64,000 bases of DNA from Myxococcota bacterium (GTDB lineage: Bacteria > Myxococcota_A > UBA9160 > UBA6930), in the NCBI GenBank assembly GCA_965223415.1, contig OZ245002.1:1248001-1312000 (forward strand), in the 5' to 3' direction. The notes below the pieces were generated by a model. The model saw only the letters and a program-made list of their open reading frames with translations. It was not told the origin of the DNA and did no database searches. Positions 27,946 to 37,266 of the stretch are shown here, piece after piece; within the stretch, counting starts at the first letter, position 1; each line of letters opens with the position of its first letter. The position numbers were made by a program, and so were the translations under genes.

Positions 27946-29076
27946 ATGAGGATCACGAGAGCAGCTCTGCGGCATGGCATCCTCACGGGCGGGGCGGCAT
28001 GGCTGATGCTCGCCCTGCTCCCCGGGTGCTCGAGCCCGCCCTGGACCGTCGCGGACGGCCCGGGCGCACTGCTGGGCGAGCTCACCCCCGAGCGCCTCGC
28101 CGCACGGGCGGGCGCGGCCAGGGATCCGGCCCTCCCGCTCGAGCGCATTGCCTTCGGGTCGTGCAGCCGTACCGATCTCCCCCAGCCGATGTGGGCGCCG
28201 ATCGCGGACGCGCGTCCGGACCTCTGGGTCTGGCTGGGCGACAACGTGTATGCGGACACCGACGACATGCACGTCATGCGCCGCAGGTACGAAGAGGCGC
28301 TCTCGAACCCCGGCTACGCCTCGCTCCTGCGATCCATGCCGGTGATGGGCACCTGGGACGACCACGATTTTGGCAAGAACAACGCAGGCGCCGGCTACTC
28401 GCAGCGGGAGGCAAGCCAGAAGGAAATGCTCGACTTCCTGGGCGAGCCTCGGGACAGCCCACGCCGCGCGAGGGCCGGCGTGTACACGAGCGCCAGCTAC
28501 GGGGAAGCACCCCACAAGACCAAGCTGATCCTCCTCGACGCGCGCTACCACCGGGAAGATCCGGGGCCGGGCTCGACGATCCTGGGCGAGGCGCAGTGGC
28601 GCTGGCTCGAGCGGGAGCTGACGCACAGCGACGCCCAGATCCACCTGATCGGCGGCGGCATCCAGTTCCTGGCGGTGGATCACCGCTTCGAGAAGTGGGC
28701 CGATTTCGCCGAGGAGCGAGCACGGCTCCTCGAGCTGATCGGCCGCTCCGGGGCGCCGGGCGTTTTGCTGCTGAGCGGCGACCGCCACATGTCCGAGATC
28801 ATGCGCGTCGAGGATCCCGCCCTCGCCTACCCCCTCTGGGAGGTGACCTCCTCCGGGCTGACCCATTCGTGGAGCCGGAACCCGGGCGAGCCCAATCGGC
28901 ACCGGGTCGGAGGGCTCGTGACCGTGCTGAGCTTCGGCCTGATCGCGATCGACTGGGAAACGCAGGCACTCCAGATCGAGCTTCGCGACGAGTCCGGCGC
29001 AGCCGTCGAGAGCCGGACGATCCCCTTGGCGGAGCTGCGAGCCGACGACAACGCAACGAGCGGAACCGGCCCCTAA
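27946..29076 (+). CDS. phoD: Alkaline phosphatase D-family protein, probable lipoprotein
   Basis: LPGC lipobox; FGSC, WLGDNVYAD, TWDDHD, LLDARY, LSGDRH, TSSGL. Confidence 0.88.
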   Translation: MRITRAALRHGILTGGAAWLMLALLPGCSSPPWTVADGPGALLGELTPERLAARAGAARDPALPLERIAFGSCSRTDLPQPMWAPIADARPDLWVWLGDNVYADTDDMHVMRRRYEEALSNPGYASLLRSMPVMGTWDDHDFGKNNAGAGYSQREASQKEMLDFLGEPRDSPRRARAGVYTSASYGEAPHKTKLILLDARYHREDPGPGSTILGEAQWRWLERELTHSDAQIHLIGGGIQFLAVDHRFEKWADFAEERARLLELIGRSGAPGVLLLSGDRHMSEIMRVEDPALAYPLWEVTSSGLTHSWSRNPGEPNRHRVGGLVTVLSFGLIAIDWETQALQIELRDESGAAVESRTIPLAELRADDNATSGTGP

Positions 29077-29084
29077 CGCAACGC

Positions 29085-30356
29085 CTAGCGAACCCCGGTG
29101 GGGGCGGGAGCGCCGGTCGCGATGATCCTTGCGGTGGAGAGGTAGAGGCTGCGAGAGACGAAGCTCGGGGTGCGGTCCGCGAGCTCCCGACAGAGCTCCG
29201 CCTTGAGGGCGCGGGCGGCGACGACGTCGGGGTCGTCGCCCGGGGCGAGGGCGAGGACGTCGACGACGTGGAGCGCCAGCTGGGTCTCGCCTTCGGCGGC
29301 CAGGGCACGGGCGCGATCCAGCACCGCCCCTCGATCCGCGATCGCGGAGAGCACCGCGGCACCGGCCGTATCGGGATGGGCCGGGTGGAGATGCGTCGGA
29401 TTGCGATCCCACCAGCCGGTCTCGGCCCGGTAGATGTCCCGCACGATGTACTCGGGGCATCCGTAGAGCGGCGTCATCCACGGCTGGTCGAACAGGTCGG
29501 CGGGGTACTCCACGTCGTGGATGATCTCCTCGATGCCGAGCCCGCGGTTCAGACGCTCCACGACCTCCCTGCGCAGGTAGCGGAGCGCCTCGGCGGTCCG
29601 ACGCAGGATGGCCTGGATCCGGGCGGGGTCCTCGAGCGGCGGCCCGAATTCCATGATCACGAGGCGCGGCTCGAGATCGGCCAGCCGCTCCAGGGTGTCG
29701 GCCCAGCGCACCGGATCCCGCAGGCTGCGAAGCGGCGTGCCGACGTTCGGGATGCTGGGCGTCACGGCCGCACCGCCGTAGAGGATGCGCTTCTCCGGGA
29801 GCCAGATCGCGACGGCGTCGTCGGTCTCCGACGGCGCCCACAGGACCTGCAGCCGGTTCTCGCCGGAGCCGAGCTCGAGCTCGTTCCGAAAGGTCTCGCC
29901 GGGCATGGGCAGCGGAAGCGGGCCCGGAACGCCGCCCCGCGGAACCCGGAACTGCAGCTCGACGAAGTAGCGCTGGAGCCCCTCGGTCTCGCGATAGCGC
30001 TGCCAGCGCCTCACCAGGTTCTCGTGGGCGATTCGCCGGGGCGGCGGGTCGCCGCGGAGGGCGGCGTCCTCGACCCAGACCGCGGCGGCGCTGTTGTAGC
30101 CCAGGTGCCCGTGGCTGTAGACGATGGCACACACCGGCGCATCGCTGATCTCGCGCAGCCGCGCGATCATCTCGCGGGCCTGAGCTTCGTGCTGCCCCGT
30201 GTCGACCTGGACGATGCCGTCGGGCGTCTCGACACTGAGCGCGTTGCCCATCCCTCCGACGACATGGATCCCCGATGAGAGGGTTCCGGTGAAGGACGGC
30301 GCCGCTACCGGGTTGCCCGCATCCGCGGCCGTTCGCGTTCGCTCGCGATCGTTCAC
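29085..30356 (-). CDS. Alkyl sulfatase-like MBL-fold protein with dimerisation domain and atypical metal ligands
   Basis: VDTG, YSHGHLGY, AHEN, APSETDD, PNVGTP, GWWDRNPTHLHP; GTGA overlap with the upstream SDR. Confidence 0.8.
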   Translation of the reverse strand: MNDRERTRTAADAGNPVAAPSFTGTLSSGIHVVGGMGNALSVETPDGIVQVDTGQHEAQAREMIARLREISDAPVCAIVYSHGHLGYNSAAAVWVEDAALRGDPPPRRIAHENLVRRWQRYRETEGLQRYFVELQFRVPRGGVPGPLPLPMPGETFRNELELGSGENRLQVLWAPSETDDAVAIWLPEKRILYGGAAVTPSIPNVGTPLRSLRDPVRWADTLERLADLEPRLVIMEFGPPLEDPARIQAILRRTAEALRYLRREVVERLNRGLGIEEIIHDVEYPADLFDQPWMTPLYGCPEYIVRDIYRAETGWWDRNPTHLHPAHPDTAGAAVLSAIADRGAVLDRARALAAEGETQLALHVVDVLALAPGDDPDVVAARALKAELCRELADRTPSFVSRSLYLSTARIIATGAPAPTGVR

Positions 30357-31023
30357 TTCGCGTTCCTCCGAAGGTCGGGCACCGGGTTCGCAGGATCCAT
30401 CAGTGCGTACTCGCGCTCGTTCCAGAACACCTTGCCCGTGGGCCCGTCGGGCGGCAGGGTCGCCAGCATCTGGGCTGTCGGGTAGACGGCCTCCGGCGAT
30501 TGGAGCCGGGGAATGTCCCGACCCCAGATCCCCGTATTCGTGGGGCCGGGGATGAGCCCGTTCACGAGGACGTCGCTCTCGGCGCACTCGCGCGCCGCCG
30601 AGCGGGTCGCCGCCCAGACGGCCGCCTTCGCGGCGCTGTAGGCCGAATCGCCGGCGCATGGCGCATCCCGTAGATCGTCCCGAAGAGGTGGACCGCGATC
30701 ATGCGCTCGAACTCACCCTCCCCGAGCTCGGCGACGTTCTTGCGCGAGCCGAAGCCCGCGTTGTTGAAGAGCGCATCGAGCCGGCCGGTCTCGCCATGGG
30801 CCCGCTCGATGAGCGCCTTCACCGCTTCGGGCGAGCTCACGTCGGTCTGCTTCGTGATGGCGCCCTCTTCCGCCAGAGCCGCGAGGCCCGGCTCGCGGAT
30901 GTCGCAGGCGACGACCCGCGCCCCGTCGCGCAGGAAGCCGAAGGCGATGGCCCTTCCGATCCCGCTCCCCGCGCCGGTGACGACGACCGTCCTCCCGGCG
31001 ATGTCTAGGGACCGATCGTTCAA
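30353..31023 (-). pseudogene. SDR oxidoreductase with internal deletion and frameshift near 30655
   Basis: TGAGSGIG, FNNAG, VHLFGTIYGMRHA, then a direct out-of-frame jump to YSAAK; the strand carrying the catalytic Ser is missing. Confidence 0.8.
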
Positions 31024-31226
31024 CGGGCACGAAAGGAACGGTGGAGCTGCTCTTCCGGCGGCGAGCTCCGGGCGACGTGCGCGGGTGTGAACTCCACCGG
31101 AATCGACATCGGGCAGCCTCTGGGTTCGGTTGGCGTCGCTCCGGGCTTTGTAGCAGAGACGCGGGCCGGGGACTCCTCGGGGCCGGCTTCTGCGGTACCG
31201 TGCTGGATCACCCGATCCGGAGCGCC

Positions 31227-31823
31227 ATGATGGCCCAGACGAAGGAACACGAAATCGTATCGATCTACCCCTTCACCGAGGAGGAGGTCGACCAGCTGAT
31301 GGACAACGCCGGCGAAGCGGTCCTGATGTGGGCCACCAAAGACGGCTGGCCGGTCGGCGTGACCCACGCCTTCTTCTGGAGGGACGGGAAGATCTGGCTG
31401 ACCTTCGCCGCGCACCGCCACCGCACGGCCGCCATCAAGCGCGACAACCGCGTGTCGGTGAACGTCAGCAGCCAGAGCTACCCGGCCGGCGCCGACCCGG
31501 GGCTCCCCTCCGGCGCGATCACCTTCAAGGGAACCGCCGAGTTCTTCGACGACGACGCCACCAAGGAGTGGTTCTATCCGGCTCTCTCGAAGAAGGTCAG
31601 CCCGACGAACGAGGCCTTCGAGCAGTTCTTCAACCAGCTCCTCGATACCCCGCTGCGCACGATCATCGCCGTGACGCCGGTCAAGAGGATCATGTACAAC
31701 GCCGGAACGGCGAATCGGCACATGCTCGGGACCGTCAGCGAAGACGAGCTGGGCGAGCGCCTCGAGAGCGACGCGGTGCGCATGAACGAGCTGCGCAAGA
31801 AGAAGGGCCTGGAGCCGGCCTAG
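31227..31823 (+). CDS. Pyridoxamine 5'-phosphate oxidase-like (PPOX/F420 split-barrel) protein
   Basis: WATKDGWPVG, DGKIWLT, AIKRDNRVSV, TFKGTAE. Confidence 0.8.
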   Translation: MMAQTKEHEIVSIYPFTEEEVDQLMDNAGEAVLMWATKDGWPVGVTHAFFWRDGKIWLTFAAHRHRTAAIKRDNRVSVNVSSQSYPAGADPGLPSGAITFKGTAEFFDDDATKEWFYPALSKKVSPTNEAFEQFFNQLLDTPLRTIIAVTPVKRIMYNAGTANRHMLGTVSEDELGERLESDAVRMNELRKKKGLEPA

Positions 31824-32989
31824 CTACGGCCGCCGAAGAGCTTCCGCAGCCGGATCCCCGCCTTCATGAACGGGTAGACATAGGGCAGCGCCTTCAGGAG
31901 CTTCTCGATCTCCCAGTCGATCAGAGCCGCGTCGAGCCGCGAGTAGAACCGGTGGAAGAGCCTCTGGGCGCGCTCCGAGCTCTGGTCGATCGCGTCCATC
32001 GACATGGAGAACATCAGGAGCACGACGACCAGGTTCGTCTTGTAGTCGCGGAGGAACTTCCGGTAGCCGTATCCGCGAACGCCGTGCTCGACGAGCCGCC
32101 CGTGGTAGAGCCGGAGCAGCTCCGCCTCCGTCTTGCGGCGGTCTTCGATCGAGATGCTCTGCACCAGCCAGCGGACGACGTCGTAGACCGGATCCCCGAC
32201 CCCGGCGAGCTGCCAGTCGATGATCGCGAAGCGCCCGCCTTCGGCCGTCGGCTCGATGACGTTGTCTGAGCGCAGATCGCCGTGGGTGAGCGTGAAGGGG
32301 AAGGGCGGAGCCGGATCGAGCTTGAAGAGCGGGCGCAGGAGCGGCATGAGCCGCTTCATCTCGGGGTAGGCGTTGAAGCGGCCGGTCGCCTCGGCCTCCC
32401 GCATGCTCGCGTCGAGCAGCGCGAGCCCGTCCTCCATGGGCACTTCCTTCATCACCCATCTCGCCCACGGGTAGCTCTGGAGGGCCTCGCTGTTCCACCA
32501 CCGGGCGTGCAGCCGCGCGAACTGCTCGATGACTTCGCGGGACGTCTCCCGACGCGTGCCGACGACCTGATCACTCGGTGCACCCGGCGCCAGGTCCTCC
32601 AGCAGCAGCACGAAGCGGTAGCTCTCCTCCTCGAAGGCGCTGAAGTAGCAGGCGGGCACGGGCACGCCGGCCTCGACGCCGATGTCGCGGTAGAAGCCCA
32701 CCTCCCGCCCGTAGGCGTTCTGGTCCCTCGCCATCTGCCGGGTCTCGGGCTGGGTCGCCGCGAACTTGGCGATCACGGTCCGGGGAGCCGCTGCGCAGCC
32801 GCCCGTGTGGTGCAGGGTGAGCCGGGCGACCTGGCCCATGAAGCCTTCCCCGACCCCGATGATCTCGTGGGAGAAGCTCTCGATCCGTGCGCCGTCGAGC
32901 ACGTCGGCCATGGCGTGCTCGAGCCAATCGGTCGTGAGCTCTTCCGCCCGGAAGGGCAGGCGCTCAGCCGCGTCGTCGTGCGGGGTCAA
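31820..32989 (-). CDS. APH/ecdysteroid kinase-like phosphotransferase
   Basis: GVGEGFMG, IAKF, REVGFY, LLEDL, THGDLRSDN, IDWQ. Confidence 0.88.
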   Translation of the reverse strand: MTPHDDAAERLPFRAEELTTDWLEHAMADVLDGARIESFSHEIIGVGEGFMGQVARLTLHHTGGCAAAPRTVIAKFAATQPETRQMARDQNAYGREVGFYRDIGVEAGVPVPACYFSAFEEESYRFVLLLEDLAPGAPSDQVVGTRRETSREVIEQFARLHARWWNSEALQSYPWARWVMKEVPMEDGLALLDASMREAEATGRFNAYPEMKRLMPLLRPLFKLDPAPPFPFTLTHGDLRSDNVIEPTAEGGRFAIIDWQLAGVGDPVYDVVRWLVQSISIEDRRKTEAELLRLYHGRLVEHGVRGYGYRKFLRDYKTNLVVVLLMFSMSMDAIDQSSERAQRLFHRFYSRLDAALIDWEIEKLLKALPYVYPFMKAGIRLRKLFGGRS

Positions 32990-33614
32990 TCTTCAGGTCC
33001 TCGGGCAGGTGGTCGTGGAAGTTCAGCGCCCTGAGCTCCGGGCTCGAGCATCCCTCCCGGAAGGCGAGCTCGGTGACGGCCGAGTTGTGCATGATGTACT
33101 GCGGGCCGAAGGCCGGACGAGTGCCCAGCAGGCGCGCGATCAGGTGCGCGATGGCCGCACCGTGGCTGACCAGGATGACGTTCTCGTCCGCGTGCCGGGC
33201 GCGGATCTCCTGCACGGCGCCGGCCATGCGCCGGCCGAGCTGGTTGGGCGACTCGCCGTTGTGGCCCAGGAAGTCGTCGTCGCGGATCGAGTGCTTGGCG
33301 TAGCCGAAGGCATCCAGCTCCCGGTAGGTCACCCCCTCCCAGTCGCCCAGGAAGCCCTCCACCAGCGCATCGTGCACATCGAAGGCGACATCCAGCGCCC
33401 GCGCGATGTGCAGACCGGTATCTCGGGCTCGGCTGAGCGGGCTGGCGAAGACCCGGTGGTAGCCCGGGGGCCAGCCCCGCAGCAGCCCGGCCGTGAGCTC
33501 CGCCTGGCGGATCCCTCGTTCGTTCAGCGGCGATTCCGACTGGCCGTGGGCGATCTGCGCCTGATTGCCCACGGTCTCACCGTGTCGGACGAGCAGGAGG
33601 TGGGTCGTCGACAT
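32964..33614 (-). CDS. Histidine phosphatase (phosphoglycerate mutase family)
   Basis: LVRHGET, SPLSRARDT, GDWEG, GES, VSHG. Confidence 0.92.
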   Translation of the reverse strand: MSTTHLLLVRHGETVGNQAQIAHGQSESPLNERGIRQAELTAGLLRGWPPGYHRVFASPLSRARDTGLHIARALDVAFDVHDALVEGFLGDWEGVTYRELDAFGYAKHSIRDDDFLGHNGESPNQLGRRMAGAVQEIRARHADENVILVSHGAAIAHLIARLLGTRPAFGPQYIMHNSAVTELAFREGCSSPELRALNFHDHLPEDLKIDPARRRG

Positions 33615-33727
33615 GCGGTGGCATGGTTCCACCGGGCCCGGAAGCTGTCGAGGTCTGCCCGCGAGACGGCGCCGGCGCGTTGCGATAGGGTGGGATCCCC
33701 TTCGTCGACGCGAGGACCCGGAGGCAG

Positions 33728-34378
33728 ATGGGCATGACCCGCACGCGATGGATCTGGCTCGTCCTGGCCGCGCTCTACGCGATCTTCTTCGGCTGGTACA
33801 CCTCCTTCGGAGGGCCACTGACCGACGCGGAGATCGCGCAATACCTGGAGCTGTTCGAGAGCCGGGAGCCGGTGCCGCCGCCGGAGGCCGTCGCCCGGTT
33901 GCGCCGCTTCATGGAGGAGGACACCGGCGACGACTTCGTGATGGTCAACGTCATCGACATGTACGACACGCCACTCCAGATCGAGGGCGTCGAGCCGGGC
34001 GAGACCAGCGATGAGGTGCTCGGAAGGTACATGGCGTACATGACCCCGGCGCTCTTCGCGCGGGCCTGTCACCCTGTCCTCTTCGGCCAGGCCGCGAACA
34101 CGGCCATGGACCTCATGAACGCCGAGGGGATGGAGGAATGGGACCAGGGTGCGGGCATGCGCTACCGCAGCCGGCGGGATCTGCTCGAGATCGCGACCAA
34201 CCCGGCCTTCGCCGGCTCCCACGAGTTCAAGATCGCGGCCATGCGCAAGACCATCGCCTTCCCCATCGACCCCTGGTTCCAGCTCGGGGATCCGCGCCTG
34301 GTGCTGGCTCTGCTCCTCGCGTGCATCGGCTCGCTGCTGGGGTGGCGCGAAGCCCTGCGGCGAGCCGCCGGAAGCTGA
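33728..34378 (+). CDS. Membrane-anchored hypothetical protein (DUF1330-like dimeric barrel)
   Basis: Hydrophobic helices at both ends; FVMVN, WD....RYRSRRD, H.FK.AA pattern. Confidence 0.7.
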   Translation: MGMTRTRWIWLVLAALYAIFFGWYTSFGGPLTDAEIAQYLELFESREPVPPPEAVARLRRFMEEDTGDDFVMVNVIDMYDTPLQIEGVEPGETSDEVLGRYMAYMTPALFARACHPVLFGQAANTAMDLMNAEGMEEWDQGAGMRYRSRRDLLEIATNPAFAGSHEFKIAAMRKTIAFPIDPWFQLGDPRLVLALLLACIGSLLGWREALRRAAGS

Positions 34379-34389
34379 GCCCAGCCGGG

Positions 34390-35147
34390 TCAGTCGTAGC
34401 GGCGCAGAGCCCTCCAGATCTCGTCGATCGGCGCCGTGGGCTCGCGCGCGATGTAGATCGCCTGTCCGTTGCGCGCGGGCAGGCACAAGCCGCAATCGAG
34501 CTCACCGACGCGCTCGAGCTGCGCCCAGTGGGGCCGCCAGAGCTCGACCGGACCGCCAACGATCACCATCACCGAGCCATCCTCGCTGCCCGGGCCCCAG
34601 TGCCAGTAGCTGTTGTGGGGGCTCGCGGGGATCGGCAGTCCGTGCCGACCCCAGGAGCTCGATCGCGCCGGTCTCGCTGTAGCTCAAGCCGATGATCCCG
34701 GCCTTGGGGCGTTCCTCCGCCGGCAGCGTCTCGTAGACGCCGGCAACCGAATCGACGATTCCCGGCCAGCCCACCATGTCCGCGAAGTGAGGGTCGATGC
34801 TCCCCGTCTCGCGGTTCTCCGCCCGGGGCGCTCCGATGCCGACCTCACGGCTGAACTCCACGAGATCCGGTAGTGAGAGGAGCGGGAGGGTGAGTGGGCG
34901 GTCGGCAGCCCGGCCTTGCCTCTCCGGTCCGACCACCGTTCGAGCCCCATCGCACCGGCTGCGACCAGCGGGGGCTGCGCCAGGGCCAGGTAGTTCGGCC
35001 GGCCCAGTCGAGACGGCTCGCGCAGGCGAGGTAGTACAGCTCGTCGCCGAAGTAGCCGTAGCCGCGGGCACTGGTTGCGAGATGGAGGCACAGCTTCGCG
35101 AGGGCCAGGAGCCAGATGGCCCCGCTGATGCCGAGCACGGGCTGCAC
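34390..35147 (-). pseudogene. Fragmented GT39/ArnT-like glycosyltransferase
   Basis: Three out-of-frame pieces: [26 protein letters not shown]...YSETGAIELLG; SPHNSYWHWGP...IWRALRRYD; most of the membrane core is missing. Confidence 0.75.
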
Positions 35148-35245
35148 GGTGTCGAGGGTAGCGCCGTCGTCGGAGCGACTCGGCGAAGCGCCGCGCTCGA
35201 AAGCCCGGTAATCTCCGGGACCCAGATTCGAGGAGATCCCCGGCC

Positions 35246-35749
35246 ATGGATCCGGACCACAAGAAGACCGCTCTGCGCATGATCCCCTACGGCCTCTACG
35301 TGCTCACCGCGGAGACAGAGGACGGGAGGGTGTCCGCCGCCACGGTGAACTGGGTGACCCAGGCCTCCTTCGAGCCGCCGCTCGTGGCCGTCGGCGTGAA
35401 GGCGGACTCAGCGGGGCACGAGATCATCAAGGAGTCGGGCACCTTCGCCCTGAGCGTGCTCGGCAAGGGCCACCAGGATCAGGCCTTCGCCTTCTTCAAG
35501 CCCGCCGAGCGCGAGGGCGACCAGATCGCCGGGCACACCTTCCGCCAGGGCGGGAACGGCGCGCCGATCCTGGACGCGGCGCCGGCCCACGTCGAATGCC
35601 GGCTGGTGGAGACCGTCGAGAAGGGCGACCACTCGATCTTCGTCGGCGAGGTCACGGGAGCCGGCGTCCGGGGCGAGATCACCGGGCGCCCCGACGAAGC
35701 CACCCTCATCCTGAAGGAGCTTGGCGAGAAGACCTTCTACGGCGGCTGA
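35246..35749 (+). CDS. Flavin reductase-family protein
   Basis: [36 protein letters not shown]. Confidence 0.92.
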   Translation: MDPDHKKTALRMIPYGLYVLTAETEDGRVSAATVNWVTQASFEPPLVAVGVKADSAGHEIIKESGTFALSVLGKGHQDQAFAFFKPAEREGDQIAGHTFRQGGNGAPILDAAPAHVECRLVETVEKGDHSIFVGEVTGAGVRGEITGRPDEATLILKELGEKTFYGG

Positions 35750-35800
35750 TCGGAACCCGGTGTCGCTCGCCGTGATACGGTGGCCTGGGAAGGAGGACGG

Positions 35801-36202
35801 ATGAAGGTCTTCAAGCGGATCGCCATCGCGCTCGTGGTCTACGTCGGACTCGTCGCGGCCTTCGAGTCGCTGATCGGGGTCCTCCAGCCCGCCGGGGAGT
35901 CCACCCTCGTCCTCACCACGGTGGACGCGGACGGCACCACCCACGACCGGGTGCTGGCCCAGCTCGAGAGCGATGGCAAGCTCTACGTCGCGGCCAACCA
36001 CTGGCCCCGGGCCTGGTACCACCGCGCCCTCGAGAACCCGGAGGTCCAGGCGACGGTCGCCGGCGAGACGGGCGACTACCGGGCCGTGCCGGTGAGCGAC
36101 GCGGAGCACGATCAGGTCGACGGCAAGCGCAGCCTCGGGCTGGTGTTCCGGATCCTGACCGGCTTCCCGCCCCGCTACTTCCTGCGCCTCGATCCTCGTT
36201 AG
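35801..36202 (+). CDS. DDN/nitroreductase-like split-barrel protein with N-terminal membrane helix
   Basis: LVLTT, DGKLYVAA, RAWYHRALENPEV; hydrophobic N-terminus. Confidence 0.75.
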   Translation: MKVFKRIAIALVVYVGLVAAFESLIGVLQPAGESTLVLTTVDADGTTHDRVLAQLESDGKLYVAANHWPRAWYHRALENPEVQATVAGETGDYRAVPVSDAEHDQVDGKRSLGLVFRILTGFPPRYFLRLDPR

Positions 36203-36221
36203 AGGGCGAATCCGCGGGCGA

Positions 36222-37232
36222 TCAGCCCGCCTTCACGAACTTCGCGACCACCCGCGCGAGCTCGTCGCCCCGGCCCTCCTGCAGGAAATGGCCGCCTCCC
36301 CGGATCGTCACGTGCTCCTGGCCGCTGGCGCCGGGGATGCGCGCGCGCAGAATCGCGTCGGCGCCACGGGTGACCGGGTCGTTGTCGCTGAACGCACAGA
36401 GGAGAGGCTTCTCCCACTTCGAGAGCACCTCCCAGGCCGCGCGGTTGGCCGGGATCGAAGGATCGTCCGGGAGGGTCGGCACCTGACTCGGCATGGCCCG
36501 CGGCCCCATCTTGAAGCTCGGGTCCGGGAAGGGTGCGTCGTAGGCGGCGATCTCACCGGGCGAGAGCTGGCGGTCGCCGCCGGCGCCCGCCATGACCATG
36601 GCGATCGGGAGGTCCTCGGTCTCCCAGCACCACTTCTGCCAGTGGCCGAAGGTGAGCTCGGGCCGCTCCGGGTCAGGGTTCGAGATGGCCGCCATCATCT
36701 CGGGCATGGTGGGCGTCGGTGCGTCGCTACGGAAGGCGTGATAGGCGTCGATCCGCGCCTGGGGGATGTCCTGGGGAAGCGGCAGGCCCGTGTTGGCCAC
36801 GACGACCCGATCGAAGCGCTCCGGGTTCTCGGCGACCATCCGCAGGCCGATGAGCCCGCCCCAATCCTGGCCGACGAAGGTGAGGCCGCGCAGGTCGTTC
36901 CGGACCAGCCAGGCGGTGAGCCAATCGACCTGACGCTGGTAGCTGTAGTCCTCGCGAGCCGCCGGCTTGTCCGAGCGGCCGAAGCCGACCAGGTCCGGCG
37001 CCACGACCCGCAGGCCGGCGCCGACCAGCACCGGGATCATGTGGCGGTAGAGGTAGCTCCAGGACGGCTGCCCGTGCATGCACAAGACGGTCGGGGCGCC
37101 GGCGGGGCCCTCGTCCACGTGGTGGATCCGGAGGGAGCCGCCCTCACCGTCGGGGACGTCGGTGTAGCGGGGGGCAAAGGGGTAGCCGGGGAGATCGGCG
37201 AAGCGTTCGTCGGGAGTGCGGAGGATCTTCAC
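36222..37232 (-). CDS. Haloalkane dehalogenase
   Basis: LRTPDERF, HGQPSWSYLY, GFGRSDKP, QDWGG nucleophile elbow, GGGHFLQE. Confidence 0.92.
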   Translation of the reverse strand: MKILRTPDERFADLPGYPFAPRYTDVPDGEGGSLRIHHVDEGPAGAPTVLCMHGQPSWSYLYRHMIPVLVGAGLRVVAPDLVGFGRSDKPAAREDYSYQRQVDWLTAWLVRNDLRGLTFVGQDWGGLIGLRMVAENPERFDRVVVANTGLPLPQDIPQARIDAYHAFRSDAPTPTMPEMMAAISNPDPERPELTFGHWQKWCWETEDLPIAMVMAGAGGDRQLSPGEIAAYDAPFPDPSFKMGPRAMPSQVPTLPDDPSIPANRAAWEVLSKWEKPLLCAFSDNDPVTRGADAILRARIPGASGQEHVTIRGGGHFLQEGRGDELARVVAKFVKAG

Positions 37233-37266
37233 GCGCGGGATGTTACTTCGCGTCGGGGTCGCGCGC

